From a phage: 64,000 bases of DNA. Under the pieces are notes generated by a model, which was given only the letters and a program-made list of their open reading frames with translations, did no database searches and was not told the DNA's origin. The translations under genes and the position numbers were made by a program. Positions 28,829 to 37,217 of this stretch are shown piece by piece (position 1 is the first letter of the stretch; every line of letters begins with the position of its first letter). The stretch is from the sequence record NC_101837.1; one strand, given 5' to 3'.

Positions 28829-29174
28829 GTTTCCTCCATTATCACGTGATAGGTGGATTTTATCATAGCAAATACTGATTGTCAAGTTCGCCGCAGGGTG
28901 GTATTCCCTGCGACTTGTCCAGCGTCCTGGACCAGCAAGACCCAACAAGTGGGTTACCAGAGGCCTATTACCCGCGCTTCGGCTCGACCTTGTTACAGGT
29001 TGGCTGGGGTCACATCGTCATGTGCTGGCTGCCCCTACCATTTTAAGTGTGGTGCACTATCAAGCCCTCTAAGGGGAACTCAGCCTTCTCCGAACCCTGT
29101 TTCAAAGCATCCAGAGATAAAGCCATCAAATTCATCTTTAAATTGGATATTCATCATGATACACGAAAACAACC

Positions 29175-29417
29175 TCATTGTAAAGCACAAATAAATAAAA
29201 CATACTTAATTTGTTTGTTATCAGGCTCAGGGTAGAAGTAGAAGATCTTGCTATCACCGATCTGAACACCACCATCCCAACAACATAGCCCATAACCTGT
29301 ATTCATACAAGCTAAGTCGTTGGCAAAATCTATTGCATCATCCAGTGCACGAAATTCACCTTCATCTTCTAAATAATCCTCATTCATGGAACGAAAAACG
29401 AGCTTAACCTTAAACAT
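29175..29417 (-). CDS. hypothetical protein
   Basis: 80-aa ORF, minus-strand small-gene array. Confidence 0.35.
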   Translation of the reverse strand: MFKVKLVFRSMNEDYLEDEGEFRALDDAIDFANDLACMNTGYGLCCWDGGVQIGDSKIFYFYPEPDNKQIKYVLFICALQ

Positions 29418-29493
29418 AGCATTACCTGTAGACCTCGTAAGTTAAAATTGCATCACATCATATTGCAGATCTTATCAGGTAACACTATTTTTG

Positions 29494-29703
29494 TCAACAG
29501 ATTCCGGCCTTATCCTTCCTGTCTGCGTATTCTTTAATCGCAACCTCATCTGCATTAGTGACCAGGTCTTCAAAGTAACTCTCAAGCTCCTCGTCAATGT
29601 CAGGAGACCAGCCCTTTTTCCTGTCAGTGTGAATCGCAGACTTGTTAAACTTAGTACAGTTCTTTGCTACCGGATTGTTCATTAAGCACCCCTCAGCGTT
29701 CAT
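29494..29703 (-). CDS. hypothetical protein
   Basis: 69-aa ORF overlapping stop of upstream gene. Confidence 0.35.
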   Translation of the reverse strand: MNAEGCLMNNPVAKNCTKFNKSAIHTDRKKGWSPDIDEELESYFEDLVTNADEVAIKEYADRKDKAGIC

Positions 29704-30271
29704 AGTAAATCTTATTTAACATTACCTCATCCTTTGCAGAAAGGATATCTAGATATGCATCACCGAATCTACCTGCAACAACCTCTGCATGATACATCAC
29801 TTCGTTAATATCGTCAAGAGTGATAACTGGATGACCGTATCTCTCTGAGTATTGTCTCAGAGTGCGATGTAGGGAGTCATCATCATAGGCAGACTTTTTA
29901 ATATCGCAAACACGACGAATAGCCTTGATGTCGAAAAACCCTGTACGATACCAACCAAGAAAAAGGTTTCGTGCAGTGTCAACATCTACATCAATACCAT
30001 TAAGAACCTTATCTACAAGATAGCTGTCATCCTTTGGACCAGCTTCCTTAGTGCGAATGTAGTTGCCATCTTTTCCAGGTGACATCTCCTTCTCATCACC
30101 AACCTGCATGCCATCATTTGGCGGTGTTAGCCACTTATCCGGATGCTTACGATCACGAGCGTTAGAATGATTACGCTGGAAACCGGGCTTCCACTTGAAA
30201 GTTTTCTCCATCTGTTCTTCATTCTGATAACGTTTTGCAATCTTTTCACGGTCATCTTTGCGTGAACCCAT
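29693..30271 (-). CDS. hypothetical protein
   Basis: 192-aa ORF; first gene downstream of the long noncoding region 30272-30931. Confidence 0.45.
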   Translation of the reverse strand: MGSRKDDREKIAKRYQNEEQMEKTFKWKPGFQRNHSNARDRKHPDKWLTPPNDGMQVGDEKEMSPGKDGNYIRTKEAGPKDDSYLVDKVLNGIDVDVDTARNLFLGWYRTGFFDIKAIRRVCDIKKSAYDDDSLHRTLRQYSERYGHPVITLDDINEVMYHAEVVAGRFGDAYLDILSAKDEVMLNKIYYER

Positions 30272-30774
30272 AGCTGCCTCCTCTTCAAGTTATAGAAAAA
30301 CTCACTGTATCGCTTTGTAACGAGCTTTTCTATCAAACTGGTGCGATTGCATTACCTGGTATAGTTTATATAGCTGTGGAGCGATTTAGGGGCCTTCTTG
30401 TCAGTTTCCACACATAAACTTCATCCAAGCTCGCGCGGGAGACTCTCAACCGACTCCTTACGGCGCTGGCAAGCTTTCGTCGGTGGTCCACATCAGTGCT
30501 CGGCCTTTGGCCTGCGCTATCGCTTCGCTCCCACACATGTTAACAGACCTGCATGTATGAACTTCTGTTATTGTGTGCACCAAGGAGGCCCGGCATCTCG
30601 CCCCTCGTAGGCGAGTGCCAATGAAGGGCCGACACTGCCCATAGTAAGTAATAAATTTAAAACATGGTACTTAGGATCTAGTATATTCTACATAAGTTAA
30701 GTATATGTACTTAGTACCATAAGTACTAGATCTTTTATTTTTTATTATTTAGTTATTTTAGTTATATTCTTTAT

Positions 30775-30857
30775 GTGTCCGTATCACGGACAGTTAGTGT
30801 CCGTATTACGGGCAGATGTGTCCGCGTGACGGACAGTAGTGTCCGTATCACGGACAG
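30775..30857. repeat. array of four tandem 19-bp palindromic iterons (GTGTCCGTATCACGGACAG consensus), 21-22 bp period
   Basis: Copies at 30775, 30797, 30818, 30839; each an inverted repeat TGTCCGT-N3-ACGGACA; flanked upstream by AT-rich palindrome-containing tract 30651-30774. Confidence 0.85.
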
Positions 30858-30931
30858 TTAATAGTATCCGTTCCATGACGAACATAAAACATACGAATCC
30901 TTATAGTACAGATATTTAAGTTTTTACTGGT

Positions 30932-31282
30932 CTAACCAGTTGTTGACATCCGAATAACTTCTTCTGGTGGCAAAACTTTGGAAAATGTGCATCTTTTACC
31001 TCTCCCTTGTGTGGATGTTTCAACCACTCCTGCACATTCTAAAGTTTTAACGCACGCTGCTGCTTTTGTTTTCTTTATCCCAACATCTGCTGCAATTTTC
31101 CTTGTGCTTGGTGTGAAGCGTGAATTTCCTCCAAGCTTATACCAGTTGTGCAGGTAGCAGTATACGATCTTGTCATACAAGTCAAGAACAACAACCTCTC
31201 CAGTTGTGTCATTCAAAACTTTTGACATAGATAGTATTTCAAGGGGGACTTTAAGATATAGCAGCTTATCCCCATCTTTCAT
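30932..31282 (-). CDS. putative helix-turn-helix DNA-binding protein
   Basis: 116 aa; HTH-like segment TRKIAADVGIKKTKAAACVKTLECAGVV; stop lies ~75 bp from iteron array. Confidence 0.45.
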   Translation of the reverse strand: MKDGDKLLYLKVPLEILSMSKVLNDTTGEVVVLDLYDKIVYCYLHNWYKLGGNSRFTPSTRKIAADVGIKKTKAAACVKTLECAGVVETSTQGRGKRCTFSKVLPPEEVIRMSTTG

Positions 31283-31329
31283 ATCTCCTGATTCTCCTTG
31301 TGTGGCAATTTTCTTTAAAATAGCAGGGA

Positions 31330-31884
31330 TTACTCCCTGCTGTCAATATCAAAACTCATTGCAATACGGTATGCCTCTTCTAATGGTAAGAGTCTTCCCC
31401 ACACATCCCAACCGACATCAAGCTGCCTGCCAAACAACTGTTGTGTGGTTCCGTGAGCATGACCGAACAGTTGGACTGATCCGTGAGGCTTTCTGTTCCA
31501 CTTTGCAAACTGGTAATGGCTCATACAGATCAAATTCTTGTTGTGGCGAAGCTCGTAATAATCTACAACCTCATGACCGAACTCTTTCACAATTCTGACA
31601 GTCGTCCTTGTGTCATGGTTGCCACGAACAAGAATAATATGTCCGTTCAACATATTTAGAATATCTGGAAGTAAGTTGTTGATATTCTTATCATTAGTGC
31701 ACGCAATATCTCCCAAGTGGAACACAGTGTCTGCAGGTGACACAACAGAGTTCCACTCGGCGATGATTCCCGCATTCATACTGTCAAGATTGTGATCATA
31801 CTGAGATCTGTGTTTTTGACATGAATCAAACTCCATGACCCGCTGGTGGAGAAAGTGTGTGTCGCTTGTTACAAAGTATTTCAT
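31330..31884 (-). CDS. calcineurin-like metallophosphoesterase (candidate RNA 3'-phosphatase/cyclic phosphodiesterase)
   Basis: Motifs SDTHF (DxH), GDIA (GDxx), GNHD (GNH[DE]); start at internal ATG 31884 with GAGGA RBS just after stop of upstream gene. Confidence 0.6.
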   Translation of the reverse strand: MKYFVTSDTHFLHQRVMEFDSCQKHRSQYDHNLDSMNAGIIAEWNSVVSPADTVFHLGDIACTNDKNINNLLPDILNMLNGHIILVRGNHDTRTTVRIVKEFGHEVVDYYELRHNKNLICMSHYQFAKWNRKPHGSVQLFGHAHGTTQQLFGRQLDVGWDVWGRLLPLEEAYRIAMSFDIDSRE

Positions 31885-31891
31885 ACATTCC

Positions 31892-32302
31892 TCATTTAAG
31901 TTTAATGCAGTTTTTAAGCTGGCGTTCCATACGATCCACAACCTTGTCTGGAACATCATGAATGCTTTTATTACCGTGGCGGTTTTCAACCACGATCACG
32001 GTATAACTATACCCATGACTGATTGCCATGTCAACATATTCCTGCACATGTTTTTCTTTTGTAAACGTATTACTTACCACGATACGGTCGTATCCCATAC
32101 GCATCATATCTTCTACGTTATCTTTGCACCATTTTGCTGCGAGTGTTACTTTACTTGCATCCCAGTTGTAATTGCCGTCATCGTCATACCAGAACATGTC
32201 GTTCTCAAAATGTGGATACAGACCCTCTAAAGATAGCGCATTTGCCAGTGTTGATTTGCCAGACCCTGGTAGACCACGCACGATATATAGCATTTTAGAC
32301 AT
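31892..32302 (-). CDS. P-loop polynucleotide kinase-like protein
   Basis: Walker A GLPGSGKST; start at ATG 32302 preceded by GGAGGG; kinase-domain-sized; adjacent to phosphoesterase and divergent from RNA ligase. Confidence 0.55.
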   Translation of the reverse strand: MSKMLYIVRGLPGSGKSTLANALSLEGLYPHFENDMFWYDDDGNYNWDASKVTLAAKWCKDNVEDMMRMGYDRIVVSNTFTKEKHVQEYVDMAISHGYSYTVIVVENRHGNKSIHDVPDKVVDRMERQLKNCIKLK

Positions 32303-32402
32303 AGTGACCCTCCGTTTTAATTTCAACGGTAGTATACCTAACTGTTTTGTTAATTTCAAGTGTTGACACTAGGTTATTTGTGTGGCAGGATAGACTGACA
32401 AA

Positions 32403-33338
32403 ATGACAAATGAGGAACATATAATGAAGTATTTTAATGCAGACGACCTAGTTGACAAAGGTCTTGTAACCAGTAGGTATTACCCAGATCTCGGGTTAAA
32501 GATCTATAAATATGCTAGAAAAGTATTTTACAACAATTTATGGCATTTGTCCCCTCGTTTACTGGAGTGCCGAGGCATTGTTGTAGGTAATGAAGGAAAT
32601 GTTGTGGCATGGCCCTTCACAAAAGTGTTTAACTTGGGAGAAAACTCCACCAACCTGCCTGACAATAAGCTTGTGACTGCGGTAGAGAAAAAGAACGGAT
32701 TCCTTGGTGTGGTATCATCTCATAAAGGTGACCTATTGTTCTCAACAACCGGGTCTCTTGATTCTCCATATTGTAACCTTGCAAAGGAAACCATCCAAGA
32801 GCAATGTGGTAATTTAGATCTTATCAAGAAGGTTATGGGCAATGAAAACATGACATTCATGTTTGAAATTTGTCACCCTTCAGATCCGCATATTGTTCAA
32901 GAAGACCATGGCGCATATTTGATAGGTTGCAGATATAATGATTCTGGAATAATGCTACCAGAAGCAGCTTTAGATGGGATTGCCAAATACCTTGGTGCAA
33001 AACGTCCTCACACTGTGCGTGAAATCCCGTTCAGCTATGCAAAAGAATTAGCCGCAGAAACAAGGGGCGAAGGGTATATGATCCGTAAGCCTTACTACCC
33101 TTATGACCTGCAGCTGAAGATCAAGTCTCCATACTACCTGGCACGGAAGGCCGTAATGAGGGGTAAAGCTTGGAAGATTTGGGATGATGATATCTTTAAA
33201 CGTGTTGACGAAGAGTTTTACGGCATGGTAAACTTCATTCGTAACAATTACACAGAAGATGTGTGGAACTGCCTCCTGGAGCAGGAACGCCGTGAGATAC
33301 TTGACTGCTATTTCCACAACGAGGACTATATGCAATGA
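32403..33338 (+). CDS. RNA ligase, T4 Rnl1-like
   Basis: Segments LLECRGIVV, KVFNLGEN and VEKKNGFLG (Kx[DN]G nucleotidyl-transferase motif I) match my recollection of T4 RnlA; 311 aa. Confidence 0.65.
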   Translation: MTNEEHIMKYFNADDLVDKGLVTSRYYPDLGLKIYKYARKVFYNNLWHLSPRLLECRGIVVGNEGNVVAWPFTKVFNLGENSTNLPDNKLVTAVEKKNGFLGVVSSHKGDLLFSTTGSLDSPYCNLAKETIQEQCGNLDLIKKVMGNENMTFMFEICHPSDPHIVQEDHGAYLIGCRYNDSGIMLPEAALDGIAKYLGAKRPHTVREIPFSYAKELAAETRGEGYMIRKPYYPYDLQLKIKSPYYLARKAVMRGKAWKIWDDDIFKRVDEEFYGMVNFIRNNYTEDVWNCLLEQERREILDCYFHNEDYMQ

Positions 33339-33685
33339 AGAAGTTGATTGTGTGGCTGGATGACTTGAGAGATCCGTCAAATTACGGGCTCCAAGACGCT
33401 GTTTGGCTAAAGAATTCCTCCGAGTTTATAGATTTTATTAACGATAATAGAAAGCTCTACAGACGCGTTTCTGAGTGGCATATGGACAACGACCTTGGAG
33501 AGGTATTCGAAGGGTACGATTGCCTATCTATGTTGGAGGAAAAGTTTGTATTTGGTAAGCCTCCTGTAGTTGACAACGTGAAGATTTTCGTGCATACTTC
33601 TAACCCATCAGCGGCTCGTAAATTCATGCTTGCGGCTGACTCGTTTAAAAAGTTTGGAATAGAGATTAAACAAAACATCTACTGA
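33335..33685 (+). CDS. hypothetical protein, possibly flavodoxin/receiver-like fold
   Basis: 116 aa; start overlaps Rnl1 stop (ATGA); weak pattern similarity to CheY-like receiver (KKLIVWLDD...VHTSN...K) - speculative. Confidence 0.35.
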   Translation: MKKLIVWLDDLRDPSNYGLQDAVWLKNSSEFIDFINDNRKLYRRVSEWHMDNDLGEVFEGYDCLSMLEEKFVFGKPPVVDNVKIFVHTSNPSAARKFMLAADSFKKFGIEIKQNIY

Positions 33686-33693
33686 GGACACTT

Positions 33694-34455
33694 ATGCGAC
33701 GACTGATTGTTATCTCCGGTGCTGGTTTGAGTGCTGAATCTGGTATTCCCACTTTCCGATCTGGTAGCACTGCAATGTGGGAGAATTTCAGCATCGATGA
33801 GGTGTGCAACATCCACACCTTTGCCAAGAACTACTATAAGGTGCATGACTTTTACAATGCACGTCGTGTAGCTTTAGGCAGTGTTGAGCCTAACCTTGCA
33901 CATCTTCGGATCGCTGAGTGGTATTCCCGCTGGTCTGGTCGTGTGATCAACCTTACCACCAATGTAGATGATTTGCTGGAGCGTGCTGGTGTAAAACATG
34001 AAGATATTTTACATGTCCACGGGTATTTGCCAGAAATAGTCTATGAGGACGATGAAGGAAGTGACGTCATTAAGGACATTGGATACTCTGAGGTAGACGC
34101 AGGAAAGTATACCTGGGTTAAGCCTAATGTGGTGTTCTTCGGAGAAGTAGCTCCGAAGTATACAGACATGTATGACCTGTTGACTTCTCTTACGAGCAAT
34201 GATATGGTTATCCTTGTAGGGTGCTCCAACACAGTTATCAATTTTAACTGGGAGCTATTCCCTGCCTGCAATAAGGGAACAAAACTGCTGATCGTTAACA
34301 AATACGACTCACAGCAGCTAGGGGAGAATGGCATTTCACGTAGTGATATTTACCAATATGAGGATCGCGGCATCCCAGTTTGGTTTAACGGGGCGGTTGA
34401 TGCTTTCTCTGATAAAACATTCATTGAGACCGTAGAAAACTTTATGGAATTTTAA
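33694..34455 (+). CDS. Sir2-family (sirtuin-like) NAD-dependent enzyme
   Basis: Signature GAGLSAESGIPTFRSG, TTNVDDLLERAG, HVHG (catalytic His), KPNVVFFGE; no zinc-ribbon CxxC pairs. Confidence 0.8.
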   Translation: MRRLIVISGAGLSAESGIPTFRSGSTAMWENFSIDEVCNIHTFAKNYYKVHDFYNARRVALGSVEPNLAHLRIAEWYSRWSGRVINLTTNVDDLLERAGVKHEDILHVHGYLPEIVYEDDEGSDVIKDIGYSEVDAGKYTWVKPNVVFFGEVAPKYTDMYDLLTSLTSNDMVILVGCSNTVINFNWELFPACNKGTKLLIVNKYDSQQLGENGISRSDIYQYEDRGIPVWFNGAVDAFSDKTFIETVENFMEF

Positions 34456-34468
34456 AAGGAGACCTTTA

Positions 34469-35182
34469 ATGCTGAATACCAAATTAATTGACAACCTGGA
34501 AAAACTGTCCCAACCTGAAAACTACCTTTGGTCTGCCAACTGGGTGGAGAACTGGAACCGTGTGGCAGCTAAAGTGAAAAAATCATACACACCGTTCGAA
34601 TTACAGCTTAGCTTCATTGAGGAAGAGTTCAATGAAGTTTTGGAAGAGCTGGAGAAAGGTGATGGTGGAGATCACCTGCTAAAAGAGGCCTGCGATCTTC
34701 ACGTTGTCACAAGTTATGCCACTTATCTTGTTAATGACAATCACGAAAAGTGGTCAAGCCTGTTTGATAATCCACAGGGTCTTAAGTTCAAGATCGGTGA
34801 GTTCTATGATACCCTGATCGCTGCGAAAAACACACCTAAGCAAAGAGCGTCAGCTTACCGCTTAGCGGAGTTGTCAACAGCTTTGCTGTTCCAGCTTCGC
34901 GGCGATGTGTGCGGGATGATGCGTAAGGTTCTCAAATCGAATGACAGTAAGTTTGCACGGGTCAACCATCTACGGTATTCACACGGTGCCGGTGCAGATA
35001 TGCCTGCTGAACAACTCATCGAGTTGGAGATTAAAGATCTTGAGCGACGCTTTGATGGTAGATATGAAGGTTTTGTTGCTAAGGAAGAGTTCTACAACGG
35101 TAATAAAGTTATCATATTCCTTGACAGTAAAGGTAAGATCATGAAGCCTTCGAGCTTCAAGGATGTAACAGAGTATATTTAA
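34469..35182 (+). CDS. putative MazG-like all-alpha NTP pyrophosphohydrolase
   Basis: EEEFNEVLEELEKGDGGDHLLKEACDL resembles MazG E-x-x-E/D metal-binding helix pattern; 237 aa. Confidence 0.4.
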   Translation: MLNTKLIDNLEKLSQPENYLWSANWVENWNRVAAKVKKSYTPFELQLSFIEEEFNEVLEELEKGDGGDHLLKEACDLHVVTSYATYLVNDNHEKWSSLFDNPQGLKFKIGEFYDTLIAAKNTPKQRASAYRLAELSTALLFQLRGDVCGMMRKVLKSNDSKFARVNHLRYSHGAGADMPAEQLIELEIKDLERRFDGRYEGFVAKEEFYNGNKVIIFLDSKGKIMKPSSFKDVTEYI

Positions 35183-35215
35183 CAACATAGCCGGGATTAC
35201 CCGGCTTTACTTGTT

Positions 35216-35554
35216 GTGGAAAGTATGCAAGTGAGGCAGATAGTTATGTACAAGCACTCTAGAGATCTTGAAAACGATGCTGTGTTTGGGGATCAGATGA
35301 AAGAGTTGGTTAAACTCATAGGCAGGATAGAGGATAAGTTTGACACTAAGATCTACATCGACAGCAAAGTCTTCAACCACAAAATATGGACAAATCTGTG
35401 TGTTGGACTACATGGAGATAAAGATGTGGTAAATTTAGTTGTAATTAAGTTCATAGTGTGGCAGAATAAAACTATAAATTATTACGATCCACACCTGCTT
35501 GTTTACCCGATAAAAGACCTATTAGATAAGGAGGACTGCAATGCCGTTATTTAA
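35216..35554 (+). CDS. hypothetical protein
   Basis: 112-aa ORF in co-directional array. Confidence 0.4.
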   Translation: MESMQVRQIVMYKHSRDLENDAVFGDQMKELVKLIGRIEDKFDTKIYIDSKVFNHKIWTNLCVGLHGDKDVVNLVVIKFIVWQNKTINYYDPHLLVYPIKDLLDKEDCNAVI

Positions 35555-35810
35555 TCTTGCTAAACCTGTAGAAGCACACCAGTTTGACGGAAGCTCTTCA
35601 TCAGTATCTGATCTGCAACGGTGGATTGATACAGGTGTGTTTACATCGTCACCTGTTCGGACCAGAGATCTTCGTCGCATGTGTGAGCTTGTAGAGCCGT
35701 TTGGTAACCTAGTCTTGTACCAGGGAGATTGGTTAGTTGACTTTATGGGAGACTGGTTGGTAATGAGTAAAGAAGAGATGTTTAAAATTTTTAAGGAAGA
35801 GGCCGAGTAA
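35541..35810 (+). CDS. hypothetical protein
   Basis: 89-aa ORF; stop overlaps ligase start. Confidence 0.4.
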   Translation: MPLFNLAKPVEAHQFDGSSSSVSDLQRWIDTGVFTSSPVRTRDLRRMCELVEPFGNLVLYQGDWLVDFMGDWLVMSKEEMFKIFKEEAE

Positions 35811-37093
35811 TGCATCAAATCAAAACAACACTGTACGCACTGAATAAAGATGGCAGCTACCAACAGTGGAAAGTATTCACGGATGGTGATAAGGTTATCG
35901 TAGAGTTTGGCAAGCTTGATGGTAAACTGCAATACAAAGAGACGATCTGCACACCTAAGAACGTTGGTCGCGCCAATGAAACTACAGCTGAGCAACAGGC
36001 CGAGCTGGAAGCGATCAGTAAGTGGGAAAAACAGGTCCGACTTGGGTACGTGGAGAGTATGGAAGATTGTGAGCAAGGTGTTGATCTTCTACCCATGTTG
36101 GTGCATGACTACCTGAAGCGTGGCAAGGCACTTAAATTACCTTGCTGGATCTTGCGTAAGTTAGATGGCCTTCGTCTACTTGTTGTTTTCCAGAATGGTG
36201 AGCCTAAATTTATTTCCCGTGGTAATAAGTCCTACCCTATTCAAGGAAAGCTTCTGGAGCAACTTCGCTCTTTCCACCTAACCACCGGGATTAAACAGCT
36301 CGACGGAGAGCTCTATATTCATGGTCTTCCTCTGCAGAAAATAGTGTCTCTTGCTAAACGGTGGCGCACACAGGAAGAAATTCAGGCCGAGATCGATAAA
36401 GACTACAAGGCAGATAAAAAACGCCGTCAGGCTGCGATTAAGGCAGGTTTAGCAACATACAAAAACTTCAACAAGATGGACATTCCTGTTGATGTTGAGC
36501 CTGTTCGTGATGATTTGCGTTACGGAGGGTACTGCAGCTACGACTTGGAGTATCATATTTTCGATATTCCTAGCGATAAGGTGTGGTGGGATCCTGAAAC
36601 AGAGTCTGGACGCTGTAAGGATCTTATGGAGGCAAATGGTGCTATTGCTTCTTTGATGCTTGATCATATTAAGGTTGTTGATGCAGAGCTTGCATACACA
36701 GTTGATCGGTGCGAAGAGTCTGTTGGTATATTTATGTCTGAGGGATATGAAGGTACCATTATGCGTAACTTCTGTGGTAAATATGAGTATGGTCAGCGAA
36801 CATCTGAAGCATTGAAATGGAAAAAGTTCAACGACGCAGAGGTGAAAGTTATTGACGTTGAGAAAGATAAGAATGATGAAGGTGTTCTTATCTGTGTTGA
36901 CAAGGAAGGTGTTGTTGTTAAAATGAAGATGAAAGGCACGCACGAGGAGCGTAGCTATGACAGGATGCAGGAAATGATCGGCAAGTTTGTCACCTTCAAA
37001 TATCAAGCAAGGACAGAAGACAACAACTACCAATTCCCTGTCGGTATCTGCGTCCGAAATGTTAACCCAGACACTTGGGAGGTGCTGGAATGA
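35810..37093 (+). CDS. ATP-dependent DNA ligase
   Basis: 427 aa; motif I KLDGLR (KxDGxR) and OB-fold-sized C-terminal region. Confidence 0.8.
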   Translation: MHQIKTTLYALNKDGSYQQWKVFTDGDKVIVEFGKLDGKLQYKETICTPKNVGRANETTAEQQAELEAISKWEKQVRLGYVESMEDCEQGVDLLPMLVHDYLKRGKALKLPCWILRKLDGLRLLVVFQNGEPKFISRGNKSYPIQGKLLEQLRSFHLTTGIKQLDGELYIHGLPLQKIVSLAKRWRTQEEIQAEIDKDYKADKKRRQAAIKAGLATYKNFNKMDIPVDVEPVRDDLRYGGYCSYDLEYHIFDIPSDKVWWDPETESGRCKDLMEANGAIASLMLDHIKVVDAELAYTVDRCEESVGIFMSEGYEGTIMRNFCGKYEYGQRTSEALKWKKFNDAEVKVIDVEKDKNDEGVLICVDKEGVVVKMKMKGTHEERSYDRMQEMIGKFVTFKYQARTEDNNYQFPVGICVRNVNPDTWEVLE

Positions 37094-37217
37094 TGTAGGG
37101 AGGTTCAGTAGGTAACGGTAGCCAATTGAATGATGGTTTTTCAATTGGCACCTACATAACCACACTATGCAGTGTTGTTGATCGGGTTAGTTATGAGTAA
37201 ACTGGAGAGTATGAAAA

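Noticed and set aside
28853-29194. 113-aa plus-strand ORF in GC-rich noncoding island
   Set aside because: Low-complexity, no RBS, opposite to local transcription direction; region treated as noncoding/structured instead
30398-30610. 70-aa plus-strand ORF in second GC-rich island
   Set aside because: Arg/Ser/Pro-rich translation typical of a GC-rich non-coding frame; no RBS
30775-30857. CRISPR array interpretation of the tandem repeats
   Set aside because: Repeats are 19-bp palindromes separated by only 2-3 bp with no unique spacers and no cas genes; consistent with protein-binding iterons, not CRISPR
30932-31282. HTH protein as evidence of a lysogeny module (repressor/integrase)
   Set aside because: No integrase, excisionase or attachment-site features anywhere in the window; gene content is that of a virulent phage, so the HTH protein is more likely an origin-binding or transcription factor
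31170-31598. 142-aa plus-strand ORF
   Set aside because: Overlaps two minus-strand genes that have convincing motifs (HTH protein, metallophosphoesterase) and RBSs
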